From the NCBI RefSeq assembly GCF_018977255.1, contig NW_024704742.1, positions 38,194,001 to 38,258,000 on the forward strand: DNA of 64,000 nt, read 5' to 3'. The translations under genes and the position numbers were made by a program. This DNA is from Callorhinchus milii (taxonomy: Eukaryota). The notes under the pieces were generated by a model, which did not search any database, had not been told where the DNA came from, and saw nothing but the letters and a program-made list of their open reading frames with translations. This document shows, piece after piece, positions 25,076 to 37,324 of this stretch. Numbering within the stretch: the stretch's first letter is position 1; each line of letters starts with the position of its first letter.

Positions 25076-26509
25076 TTAGGGTTAGGAAGTGTTACACATA
25101 TGCAATTTCCCTGTGTAGATGGTATACATATGTGTTAAGCTATTCTTTGGTCATTCTCAGAACAATTCTATTCTCAACTAATGCAAGGAGGTTGGACAGC
25201 ACTAATTTAATCCAATAAACGAGTGTAGTGAACATATGATTTACGAGTTAATACAATTTCTAAAGATAACTCTTACCCGAGTTTTCACTGTACAACAAGG
25301 TGATCATTTGCAGCTATACAAGTCCTGATTTTGCATTTTTTTCTGGCAAAAATTGAAGGGCTAACTTGTTGCCAAGTTTAGAACATAAGAAAGAATGAAA
25401 CAAGACAGCCATCCAGCGTTTCAGTTCACTGTTGATTCTTGTAGGAATTCCCTTTCCTCTGCAGACAAATTCCTCTTCTTCCCCTCCCCCCCAATTTGCC
25501 AGTATAGGAACACTCATCCTCCTTGGGAGTTTTTGTTCATCATATAACCCTGAATGCTCTCCTCAAACAGATAATTACTCCGTACTGTTGAAGGTTATAA
25601 ACACAGAATCAGTTGCTTTCATTAGGATTCCATTAATCCATTATTCTTTCTTTTGGTCTCATTTGAGACTTATTTTGTTAACCCACATTTTCTAGTTCTG
25701 AGTTCAGTCTAAGTCATAAAGCTTGATTAAATTTACATAATGTATCAGTTTCATCATTTAAAGACACGGATTATAGACACTCTCCGCCAGTTTATTTTCT
25801 CTGTAATAAAAGTCCAGCAGTGTGAGCCTCCACTCATAACTTAATGTCATTGTCATTGCTCTCTCCTCTGAACTCTCTTCAATAATCAATGTTCTTATGA
25901 AGGTATGATCTATAAAAACTCATAATGTTGTAAATGGGATTTTACTAATGATTTATCTTGACATAGTGAAAACTTGAGATGCAGCACAGATATGATTAGC
26001 TTTGAAAAGTGTGTCACATGAACTGAAAACCTTCAACGAATCATCAGTAATCATACAAGTTCCTCCAGCTGCCCCCACCTTTACTAATGTTCACGCGTCA
26101 TTTTTACTGGTACCCAATTCGATTAAATTTACCTTACATCAGAATGTACCTGCTATTTCATAGCTAATTTAATGAATTGGTTCAGATCTGCTCAGGTGCT
26201 CTTTATCCTGCTATTCAAGTCTTGTACAATACTTACAAAGCTTGATCTCATCAGCAAGGTTTACAATACAGTGCACTCCTTCATTTCATGTGAAAACATT
26301 AGGAAAATTTAGTGTTCACTGTCTTCCCCAATTCCATCCAAAGTGCTTTTTCCATAAGCAAATTTTCAACACTAACTAACTAACTAACTAACTAACTAAC
26401 CAGCCATTCATTATTACAGGTAATTTTCATGCTGTGGGTCCACTCAAAGTAAAACATAAGCTGCAAAACATAGAATCATGGAATTATACAGCACAAAACG
26501 AGGCCTGAC

Positions 26510-26780
26510 AATGAGTGGGGCTGGGCAAGGCGGGGGACGTGAAGCTGAGCGGAGGGAGCGGACAGGTTGGTGGGGGTTAGGAGGTTACGGATGTAGGGAG
26601 TAGCAAGGCCGTAGAAGGCTTTGAAGGTGAGGACCAGGACCTTGAACAGTATCCTCTGTGTGATGGGAAGCTAGTGGAGTCGGGCGAGGATGGGGGTGAT
26701 AGGGTCACGGCACCTGGTGCGGTAGAGGACATGGGTTACAGAGTTCTGGATGACCTGCAGCCTTTGCAAGTAGGGAGTTT
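26510..26780 (-). mobile_element. L2-clade LINE fragment
   Basis: Reverse complement of the 'ctgcaggtcatccagaactctg...ttcaaggtcctggtcctcaccttcaaagcc' segment shared with the other copies. Confidence 0.75.
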
Positions 26781-28691
26781 GCTCACTCTAGTCTGTATGT
26801 AATCAATTTGTGGATCTGGACATTAGAAATGTGTTCATGTGTACCACCATTTCTGATGCTACGAGTTATCACTTTATTGTGCTGACAATCTCAAAGTTGT
26901 AGTAAATGAGATTAACAGGGCACAGGTTCCATCAAAGCAAATGTTTATTAGGGATTGTCCACAGGGAGCTGCTGTTAGTGACCTATTTGAATTATTAAAA
27001 TTTGTGGGTTTTTGGAAAATTCACTGACGTCAGTAAATAGTGCAACATCACAGTATAGCAACAATGATTAATTGAAGTTGCTGCTTTCACTTCAATAAAT
27101 TGCCCAAAATGACACCAAAATACCGTTAAAATAAGGTACCAGAAAAAGTATTCGGTGCAGCAAGTACGTTGAAAGTTTTCTTTTTAAAAATTTGGATACG
27201 ATAACAGCAGAAACAAAGTTTTGAAGATCAAGTGCCCAGTTTATTATTCAAATCTTAATCTTCCTGAATCTGATGCTCTTTAGGGATATAAATGACCTGA
27301 TTGACCAAACTCACCTACAATCCATGCCTGCCAAGACAAAACTGAAAGCTATGCTGCTTACAACCATGTAAAGTGACATCAGCTTCACTCTCAAATTTCG
27401 GACAAAAACATCACTGCTCTTCTCACATGCCTGTTCTCACCTTTTCATAGGCTGAAGTCATCCTGAAGAGCTTTCTCCCCCTTAAACCCAGCACAAGAAT
27501 CAGATTATTCACCCCCCACCCCCACCCTCCCGCATTATAAATACATAGAGGTAATAATCCCTTCAAAAATAAATTTAGTTCCTCAATCCACGACTGTTTG
27601 GGACACTGCTGTGCGCAACTGGCCCGCAAAGTAGTCACTTCACTTTACTGTATAATCTGTGAAGTGCTTTGAGACTTTTCAAATATTAAAACCAGTTAGT
27701 ATCAGAACTCTGGAACTATAGTTCAATCCAGTCAACTAGAGGATAAACTTCTGGGGCCAAATGTCACAGCAACTTCGCAGCACAGTCCTGCTCCAAAACT
27801 GACTTGTCAAAACATCGACCTCAATTGCTGTTTGTTGCACACTATGCTTGACCTCACTCAGTTAGTTATCCATCCGACAAATGTGATAAAAATGACAATA
27901 TATCATTGCTCCTGATAGGAAACAGTATAGTAGAAACACGCATTAGTATATTAAAAAAATAAGTAAACATCGGGCTGCCAATTGATGAAGGCAAATTAGA
28001 TCTCGCAATAGAAACCATTAGTGAATTAATGGTCCAGCACTTTGGGACGTCCTCCCGACGTGAAAGGCGCTATACAAATGTAATTTTGTTGTTATTGTTG
28101 TTGAATTAGTTTGTAGTTAAATTTAAGGCCAGTTGAACAATTACGGGGTGGGGGGGGGGGAGGGAAATGAAGACAGGGGCTGAGAGGACCTATATTAAGT
28201 GACAATGGTCTCAGAGCACTATACCAGCAAGCTTAAAAAGAATAGCATAGAAACAAGGCAAGTGAAGAGGTACAAAGCTTAGGTCTTTTGGACTGCTTGA
28301 AAGAAAGGAAGATTCAAAGAGTTTCATAATCTTGATACCAGGAAGAGAGGGGCACAGAAACGAGTTAAGAGTAGGAGATATGTAATTGATTTTTGAAAAC
28401 ACTATTGAGGAGGCGTGGATAGAAGAAGAGAATTTCAAGAAAATAGAGATCCGTGAAAAGTTGCAAGAAAAAGTTTGCAGGCCAGAGGAGAAGAAGGTAT
28501 AATCTATCAGACAAGAAGCCTTTTTGGGATCCTGTACAGGAATGGAAGGGATGCAAAAAGATTCCCTAAGTATGGGAGCAATAATCAAATCTTGAATAAA
28601 GTGGAGCTTTATAGAGTTCTAAAGAGTTGAGGAGAAAAGTTTGACACGATAGGTGCACAACGGAAAAAATAACAACAGAATCAAGTCAACC

Positions 28692-29078
28692 CTCTGTGGC
28701 AGTCTAGTTCAGTTCCTGAGCAGGCAGGTCCACAGTATTCCAGGGCACTGCTGATGACAGCGCAGCCATCCTGGCTCATCGGCAGGACTTAGAAAGGCAG
28801 ACCAGCCACTGGGGGCAGGGAAACCTCCCACTCATCTTCAGTTAACCCTGCAAGAAAAACCCCTCATAGGAGGGTGGTCCTAGCTGACCAAGCAAAGCAG
28901 CAGGAAAGCATGCCAGACTGTCCTATCAATGGTTTTAGTTGGTTTGACTCCAGCAGTACCCCAACCTATACTCTCAGGTACCCAAGCCTTGGCTCTTGCC
29001 AACCTGCGCCTAATACTTTCCGGAATTAGGTGAGCAGGATGCATCCCTCCACGGAGAGAATGTGCATTCCATTCCAAT
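28692..29078 (-). repeat. Unclassified interspersed repeat (second copy at 63364-63762, opposite strand)
   Basis: Collinear similarity over ~400 bp with 63364-63762. Confidence 0.75.
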
Positions 29079-29364
29079 AAATAATTGTATTTTTCATGTG
29101 TAGTAGGGATGCATGTAACTCTTTTTGGTTTGGATACTCTTAAGTACAGTGAAGGGTTTCTCAGGACTTCCTCTCGACGTGAAAGGCGCTATATAAATGT
29201 GTTGTTGTTGTTTCCACGTGTGTCAGACACCCGGCTGACCCCCCAAAAAACAATATTGGAGCTTTACAAGTCTTGAAGTGTGGATTGTTCAATACATTGT
29301 TATCTAATATCATTTCAATAATAGCTGCATTTTATAAAAATACAGTAAATACAATACAAAATTT

Positions 29365-29845
29365 AGACATTTGTAAAGCACCTTTCATATCGGGAGGACG
29401 CCCCAAGGCACTGAACAGTCAGGGATTAGGGATTAAAACCCTGAGTGGGGAGGGTTGGGATCGGGGGGGGTGGCGGGCAAAGAGGATAGCTGAAGGAACA
29501 GTCTAAGAGGAGGGTCTTGAGGCACGCCTTGAAGGAGGTAAGGGAGGGAGCGAGGCGAAGAGCACGTGGGATGGAATTTCAGAGGGTAGGGGCAGAGAGG
29601 CCAGTGGAATCGGGCAAGGGTGGGGAGGTGATAGGAAGGATCGTGGAGTCTGTGGGAGAGGGCACAAGCTGCAGAGTTCTGGATGATCTGCAGCTTGTGG
29701 AAGGAAGAGTTGGGGAGGCCGACAAGCAGAGAGTTGGCGTAGTTGAGCCTAAATGTAACAAGCGCACGGATGAGGGTCTCAGCAGCCTGAGCTGGGCAAT
29801 GTTGCGGAGGTGGGAGAAGGCAGAACAGGTTATGGCACGGGTCAT
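29365..29845 (-). mobile_element. L2-clade LINE 3' fragment
   Basis: AETLIRALVTFRLNYANSLLVGLP...KLQIIQNSAA motif. Confidence 0.85.
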
Positions 29846-30366
29846 TGCACACAGCAAATGCTAGACTGAAATAAATATGCCAAAAATATAAATCTAGAGT
29901 AAATCTGGCAGTGAAGCACATCAAATTCTGCATTTAGATTGCAGCGCGGCTACAGTATAAACCAGGTGGTTGTCATTAGCTGTAACATGGCTCTACATTC
30001 CTAAATGCGCTCAAGATAGCAAGATAACTGGGCCCTCCTGTTGCATCCAAATTATTTGTTTTTTGGGGCGGACGGGGGTTGAGCTGCAAGCCTACAGACT
30101 GCCAATGCAGCGTGCAGCTCTTCCCAGAGATTAGTCCACAAGCCAAGACCTCTATTGGTTTCCAAATTCCAACGCATGCTTTGCATTCTGCCAACAGGGC
30201 AGCGTTCCAGCACCAGTGGCGTTTAGGGTACTGATTGCCAGGTCTGAGGTAACTAACGTACAAAGTAACAGCAGCATCGTACAGTAGAAAAGGTCACTCT
30301 TGCTGCTCAAGGGGACGTTTCAGCTGTGAGCAAATTTTATGTTTTCCTACTTCTAAATGTTTCACT

Positions 30367-31133
30367 GGATAGAATCATACTGCACAAAAAGAGGCCATTC
30401 GGCCCATCGAGTTTGTGCCGGCTCTTTGAATAGAGCAATTAATGTCAGCCCCACTCCCCAGCCCTTTCCCCATAACCCTGCAAACCCGTCCTCCTCAAAT
30501 ACCCACCGACACACCCACCGAAACAGTTTTTCTTTTTCTAACCTATCAAATCCCTCATGATTTTGATGACCTCTATTAGGTCTCCTCGTAACCTTCTCTG
30601 CTCCAATGAGAATAATCCCAGCCTCTCCAGCCTTTCCTCATAATCAAGGTCCCTCATTCCTGGGACCATCCTCGTAAATCTCCTCTGCACCCTTTCCAAT
30701 GCCTTAACATCCTTCCTATAGTGTGGTGCCCAGAACTGGGCGCAGTATTCCAAGTGAGGCCTAACCAGTGTTTTATATAGGTTAATCATAACCTCCTGAC
30801 TCTTGTACTCTATGCCCCTATTTATAAAGCCTAGTATCCCTTCAAGGATTCATTTACCTGAACCGCCAGGTCTCTCTGTTCTTTCACCCCCCCTTAAGAT
30901 TGTATTACCAGCCTGTATTGCCTCCCCTCATTCTTTCTACCAAAATGCATTACTTTGCATTTCTCCACATTGAAACTTATCTGCCATGCGTCTGCCCATT
31001 TTACCATTCTGTCTATGTCTTCCTGCAGTTGTCTCCTATCCTTCTCACTGTTTACCACACTACCTAACTTTGTGTCGTCCGCAAACTTGGAAACGGTGCT
31101 TACTATACCCAAGTCCAGATCATTTATGTATAA
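30367..31133 (-). mobile_element. CR1-type LINE ORF2 (RT C-terminal) fragment with 3' end
   Basis: SKFADDTKLG...LQEDID...W...WQ..FNVEKCKVMHFG and LYKTLVRPHLEYCAQFWAPHYRKDV.ALERVQRRFTRM motifs, diagnostic of CR1. Confidence 0.92.
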
Positions 31134-32179
31134 CTTTAAGATCAGAATTTAGTAACATTATTCATGAATACATGATGCATAAATTATGAAGGAATGCTAA
31201 GAATTTTCACATACATTGCTACACAGCCCAAACAATCTGTGTTGCTTCTGTGATCAAAGCTTCTCTGCTACGTTATCTATTTTTCACAATATTCTTCTCT
31301 GTGCACAAACCTCCCCATAGTCCCCACTACTTGCCCATATTTCCAAGTAACGTGGAAAAAATTGCCTCAGTAATGTTACAAGCTAGAACTTGAGCAAATA
31401 CAAAAGAAAATTTCCTATCATGTAGTCATTATATTTTATTCAAAAATTCACAAATTTCAGCACTGAAATGTAAATAAATCCAATCCCAAAGGTCAAATAG
31501 TTTGAAAATCCTCCACAGATAGGGGAGGAATTGAAGACATGACCATTATCCCAGAGTGGATGAAAGTTATGATTCTTGTGATTCTTTGAGAGATTTGAAA
31601 GTTTCAGACACCAAAGGTCTGCAATCTGAAGAAAGAATTGGCAACAAATGTAGCACTGAATAATTCACAAATAGTTGATATGGTTGGGAGATGACTGAAG
31701 ATCATTAATGTGGAGAAGAAGCAAATTGGCAGAGTTTCAGGAAACTCCTGGAACAAGATATTAAACCTTCATATGCAAGAATAAATACATTTTTCAAAAG
31801 TTTATTTTGAAATTTTCAAATGTGTAACAAATCACCAAAGATATGGAGTTTCCAATCCAACTCTGCATATGTGGAAGGCTCAGTTGGAGGAAAGAAGCTA
31901 CCAAGAACAGGTTCAAACATGATTGTGAGTCGCATGGCCAGACCATTCATTATATACGAGGCATGAGAACAGATACACTGCATCTTGTGGCCATCTTACC
32001 AAGCCAAGAGTCCTAACACCTACTTTTTAATCAATAAGTTATCACAAGTTTATTACAGGTTTAGATTGAAGTGGCACAGCACAACTAACAGTAGCAATAG
32101 TAACACATTACAATATTCGAGTTTATTATTTTGTGAACTGTACCGATTCCTATATTCTAACAAGAGATGGATTGTAAGA

Positions 32180-32553
32180 TTGGCACTGCCGGCTGACTCG
32201 GTTGGTAGGACTCTCACCTCGGGTGAGAAGGTTGTGGGTCCAAACCCCACCGTTGGACTTGGAACTCGTTATAGTCGAAACTGACACTCCAATGGAGTGC
32301 TGAGAGTGTACTGCAGTGTCAGAAGTCTTTTGGGTGAGATGTTAATCCATCTACTTGTTTATCAACGATCCCACGGCATTATTCAAAAAGACAAGGGAGT
32401 TTCTACCATGTCCTTGCCAACAACACCCAAATAAAAGAAAGTCATTCACTTCATGGCTATTTGTGGGATAACTGGCTGTCACGCTTGCCCACAAAACACA
32501 GCTGCTACATCCTCCTGAGGTGAAAGACTCTATTACAATGCAAAGATTATTAT
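32180..32553 (+). mobile_element. Old tRNA-derived Deu-domain SINE (SacSINE1/AmnSINE-like), near full length
   Basis: tRNA-like head, then 'ctgacactcca.tg.agtgctgag.g.gt.ctgca.tgtc...gatcccacggca.tatt..aaaga.aagggagt' resembling the Deu domain as recalled, then a LINE-like tail. Confidence 0.7.
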
Positions 32554-32689
32554 TTTGATAAAACTACCTGCCAAATTCTGTTGACTCAATCAGTTGGGCA
32601 AGCAAGCTTTTTTGGTACCCAAAGCCCACTTAAGACTTGCCTCTTTGACTGCAGTTTCGGTCATCTGCCCCCATTCCCACTCCACATAT

Positions 32690-33065
32690 TGTTTCACAAA
32701 CAAAACATTCAAATCCCTCCATGGCCTCACCCCATCCTACCTCTGCGACTCCCTGCACCCTACTGACCCACCTGCTCCCTTTGCTCAATGAACATTGCTT
32801 TGTGTCCCCCACCCCATCTGGCCCACATCGACGGCCGTGCTTTCCATCATTTTGCTTTACTCTCTGGAACTCCATCCAAGAGCCCCTCCAATTCGCCACT
32901 TCACTCCCTACTTTCAAAACCCATCTTAAGCCTCTTTGACCACACTTTCGGTCATCTGCCCCCATTTCCAATCCACATGCACCCTCTTCAGCTCCCAATC
33001 TGCTGTGTAAAGTGTTTTGAGAATCCCCCCAATGTGAAAGCACTATTGTAATATGAACTATTGCA
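32690..33065 (+). mobile_element. L2-clade LINE 3' fragment
   Basis: FKSLHGLTPSYLCD, GRAF, TLWNSI..., FKTHLK motifs. Confidence 0.75.
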
Positions 33066-33510
33066 ACAACAACTTGCATTTATATAGTGCCCCTCACGCA
33101 GGGTAGCGACCCAGAGCACTTAAAGATGATGCAGTAGAATTTTGTACTTAAGTGACAAAACAAACATTACACAACGGTTACTATAGTCCACCCGTAGGAA
33201 ATCCTACGCAACACTATGATTGATCGGAAATGATTAAATGATTTGCATTGGAGGATTTCATCAGATTAAATCCCACAAGCATTTTCGAAGAAGATTAACA
33301 TGAATTACTGGCCTGTTCGGGCTACAGCACGAGAGAACCCGAAAGCCATGAACTATGCCTTAGACAACCTTAACTGAGGAATTACTTATGGTATCACAAT
33401 TGCCGTTAATGGTAATGGGAGAGGGGCAGGGAGGGGGAAGATGTAAACTTCTTCTAACTATTACAAGAAAGAGAGGGTTATAAGAATGGGCAGAATTAGA
33501 ATTGGCTGTT

Positions 33511-33845
33511 ATAATAATAATAATAATAATAATAATAATCCTTGCATTTGATATAGCGCTTTTCACGTCGGGAGGACGTCCCAAAGCGCTTCACAGAATA
33601 GACTGTAAAGTGAATTGACTGTATATTTGTGGGCGAACGCGGCAGCCAATTGCGCACAGCAATGTCCCACAAACAGTCGTAGATTGAAAATGACCAATTT
33701 ATTATTGTTTTTTGTTTTGGAGGGATTATTATTAGGCGTGTGGAGTAAGGAAACTTGCCCAAGGTTTCGCCCTGACCTGCCTGGAATTGAACTCAGATCT
33801 CTCGCTTGCAAAGCGAGAGCTCTAACCACTGAGCTACAGGACTCC
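33511..33845 (-). mobile_element. tRNA-derived SINE, young copy
   Basis: Close reverse-complement match to 17553-17858 with a long (TTA)n tail. Confidence 0.9.
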
Positions 33846-34164
33846 ACGATGCACTTCATTATGCACTTCATTCTAACACATGAGTCAAAACAGTGTGGAC
33901 CCTTCCACGAGCAAACAAGTACATTTGAGAGGTAAAAAAGAATGTGAATCTATGATTTTGCACAATAAACATTTTGCAAGAGGGAAGAAACAAGAAGAAA
34001 GGGCAGTAGGATTCAATAATATTTTTACAGAAACAAACATTTCAAGGCTCATTTCACAATGCTCTGCTCAAACTTTACTCAGTTTCTGACATTTCCAACA
34101 CCCTTGATGCATTATAGCATGTTACACTCTGAACTGCAACATCCCACACAGGGAAGTCATCAGG

Positions 34165-34330
34165 ACTGTGAGTTCATGGTCAAGGCTAACACTACAATTG
34201 CAGAGGGGCTCTCCTTCAGATGAAACATTAAAAACTAAGGTCCAGACTGCCTGTTCAGGTGGTCTAGTTATGATCTCACGGCACAATTCGAAAGAGAAGC
34301 GAGTTTCTCCCAGCGTCCTGACCAACAATC
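34165..34330 (+). mobile_element. Deu-domain SINE fragment
   Basis: 'ccttcagatgaaacattaaaaactaaggtcc...ctgcctgttcaggtgg...gatctcacggcacaattcgaaagagaag...gtcctgaccaaca'; similar fragments lie near 44785-45000, 45060-45490, 54085-54200 and 61190-61410. Confidence 0.65.
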
Positions 34331-34357
34331 AGATAACAGTCAACACTTTTGTCACAG

Positions 34358-36705
34358 TCTCCGGCCTGTGTGTGTGTGTGTGTGTGCGCGTCTCCGGCCT
34401 CTGTGTGTGTATGTGTGTGTGTTTTCGGCCTGTGTGTATGTGTGTGTCGCTGGTCTGTGTCTGTGTGTGTCTGGCCTGCGTGTGTGCATGTTTCTCTGGC
34501 CTGTGTTTGTGTGTCTCCGGCCTGTGTGTGTGTGTGTGTGTGTATGTGTGTCTGGCCTGTGTGTGTATGTGTGTGTCTGACCTGTGTGTGTATCTGGCCT
34601 GTGTGTGTGTGTGTGTGTAACTAGCCTGTCTGTGAATGTGTCTAGCCTGTGAGTGTGTGTCTGGCCTGTGTATGCGTTCCTGGCCTGTGTGTGTGTGTGG
34701 GGGGGGGGGGGGGCTGTGTGTGTGGGGGGGCGCTGTGTGTGTGGGGGGGCGCTGTGTGTGGGGGGGCGCTGTGCGTGTAGAGGCGGGGGGCTGTGCGTGT
34801 AGAAGCAGGGGGCTGTGCGTGTAGAAGCAGGGGGCTGTGCGTGTAGAGGCGGGGGGCTGTGTGTGGGGGGGCTGTGTGTGTGTATGGGGGGCTGTGGGGC
34901 TGTGTGTGTGTACGGGGGGCTGTGTGTGGGGGGGCTGTGTGTGGGGGGCTGTGTGTGTGTATGGGGGGCTGTGGGGCTGTGTGTGTGTACGGGGGTCTGT
35001 GTGTGGGGGGGCTGTGTGTGTGGGGGGGCTGTGGGCTGTGTGTGTGGCGGGGGCTGTGGGGCTGTGTGTGTGTATGGGGGGCTGTGTGTGGTGGGGGCTG
35101 TGGGGCTGTGTGTGTATGTGGGGCTGTGTGTGTATGGGAGGCTGTGGGGCTGCGTGTGTGGGGGGGGATGTGGGGCTGTGTGTGTGTGTGAGGGCTGTGT
35201 GTGGGGGGGCTGTGGGCTGTGTGTGTGGGGGGGGCTGTGGGGCTGTGTGTGTATGGGGCCTGTGGGGCTGCGTGTATGTGGGGCTGTGTGTGTGTGTGAG
35301 GGCTGTGTGTGGGGGGGGCTGTGGGGCTGTGTGTGTGGGGGGCTGTGGGCTGTGTGTGTGGCGGGGGCTGTGGGGCTGTGTGTGTGTATGGGGGGCTGTG
35401 TGTGGTGGGGGCTGTGGGGCTGTGTGTGTGTATGTGGGGCTGTGTGTGTGGGGGGCTGTGTGTGGGCTGTGTGTATGTGGGGCTGTGTGTGTGTGAGGGC
35501 TGTGTGTGGGGGGGGCTGTTAGGCTGTGTGTGTGGGGGGGCTGTGTGGGGGGGGGCTGTGTGTGTGTGGGGGGCTGTGTGTGTGGGGGGGGCTGTGGGGC
35601 TGTGTGTGTGTATGGGGGCTGTGTGTGTATGGGGGGCTGTGGGGCTGTGTGTATGTGGGGCTGTGTGTGTGTGTGAGGGCTGTGTGTGGGGGGGCTGTTA
35701 GGCTGTGTGTGTGTGGGGGGGGCTGTGTGTGTTGGGGGGGCTGTGTGTGTGTATGTGGGGCTGTGTGTGTATGGGGGGCTGTGGGGCTGTGTGTGTATGG
35801 GAGGCTGTGGGGCTGTGTGTGTGGGGGGGCTGTGTGGAGGGGGGCTGTGGGGCTGTGTGTGGGGTGGCTGTGTGTGGGGGGCTGTGTGTGGGGTGTTTGT
35901 GTGTGTGGGGTGTGTGTGTGTGGGGGGGGCTGTGTGTGGGGGGGCTGTGTGTGGGGGGGGCTGTATGTGGGGGGGGGTGTGGGGTGTGTGTGTGGGGGGG
36001 CTGTGTGGGGGGGCTGTGTGTGGGGTGTTTGTGTGTGGGGGGGGGCTGTGTGTGGGGGGCTGTGTGTGGGGGGGCTGTATGTGGGGGGGTGTGTGGGTGT
36101 GTGTGTGGGGGGGCTGTGTGGGGGGCTGTGTGTGGGTGGTTTGTGTGTGTGGGGTGTGTGTGTGGGGGGGGGCTGTGTGGGGGGCTGTGTGTGGGGGGTG
36201 TGTGTGGGGGGGTGTGTGTGTGTGTGTGGGGGGGGGGGCGCTGTGTGGGTGGGGGGGGGGTTGGGGGGGTTGGGCGTGTATGAGGGCTGTGTGTGTGTGT
36301 GTATGAGGGTTGGGGGGTTGGGGCTGTGTATGAGGGCTGTGTGTGTGTGTGTATGAGGGGTTGGGGGGTTGGGGCTGTGTATGAGGGCTGTGTGTGTGTG
36401 TGTATGAGGGTTGGGGGGTTGGGGCTGTGTATGAGGGCTGTGTGTGTGTGTGTATGAGGGTTGGGGGGGTTGGGGCTGTGTATGAGGTGTGTGTGTGTGT
36501 GTATGAGGGGTTGGGGGGTTGGGGCTGTGTATGAGGCTGTGTGTGTGTGTGTATGAGGGGTTGGGGGGGTTGGGGCTGTGTATGAGGGCTGTGTGTATGT
36601 ATCTGTGTGTGTGTGGGGGGGGGTTGGGGGTGGGGCTGTGTGTGTGTGTGTATGAGGGGCTGTGTATGAGGGCTGTGTGTATGTGTGTGTATGAGGGGTT
36701 GGGGA
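34358..36705. repeat. Compound GT/G-rich tandem array: (TCTGGCC(TG)n), then (G4-8 CT(GT)n), then a ~50-bp unit with GTATGAGGGGTTGGGGGGTTGGGGCT
   Basis: Directly visible low-complexity periodicity; ~2.3 kb at the 5' end of CCNI intron 1. Confidence 0.97.
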
Positions 36706-36718
36706 CTGTATCTCTCAC

Positions 36719-37300
36719 CTTCCCCGCGAAGCTGCGATGTTCACAGTCGTTCTCGCGCATCAGGTCCATGAACTCCGGGTCTGACCGCGAGCGCTCTCAC
36801 TCCTCCATCCCGGGGGTCCGCGCCTCTCCGAGTGTGTGTTCGGGGGCCGCGGGCCGGGGGGCCGGGGGCCTGGCGGGCCGGGGGGGCGGGGGGGGCCTGG
36901 CGGGGCCTGGCGGGGCCGGGGGGGCCTGGCGGGCTGGCGGGGGGGGGGGAGGCCGGGGGGGGGGAGAGCACAGTGCGGGGCCCCGGACTGGCGGAGCCGC
37001 TTCCCGGGAGAGGCCGACCGTCCACACCGCCGCCTCACCCCCACTCCCCGGCTCGCATCCGCCGCCCACACCCCGCCCCCGGCACGGCAGGCGGACACAC
37101 CGGCCACACCCGCCCCCCGGGACTCTGCCCGGGCCGACACCCGAGCTCGGGAAGGCCCGGCCGGCGCCGCGCCAGCCTCGGCCGAAGGCCCGCACTCATT
37201 TCTGTCGGCGGAAGCGCACGGACCCGGGAGCCGACAGCTGCGGTGAGGCGGTCCACCTCCCACAATCCATCGCGCGGTTGGCAACAAACCCCAGAAACAG
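36719..37300 (-). promoter_or_regulatory. CCNI: CpG island / probable first (leader) exon and promoter of CCNI
   Basis: Very GC/CpG-rich unique sequence between two tandem arrays. Strong minus-strand donor AAG|GTGAGA at 36719/36718. The ATG exon has an acceptor and so needs an upstream exon. TSS not located. Confidence 0.75.
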
Positions 37301-37324
37301 ACTCACAGCGAAACACAGTGCACA

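Noticed and set aside
26370..26400. (ACTA)n run resembling tandem QKI/branch-point sites
   Set aside because: It is on the antisense strand of CCNI (the transcript reads (TAGT)n); an ordinary tetranucleotide microsatellite.
34168..36769. Cys/Val/Gly-rich and His/Pro/Thr-rich ORFs resembling keratin-associated or metallothionein-like proteins
   Set aside because: Products of the (GT)n/G-run array, open in all frames. Only the first 17 codons from 36769 are considered, as a spliced uORF.
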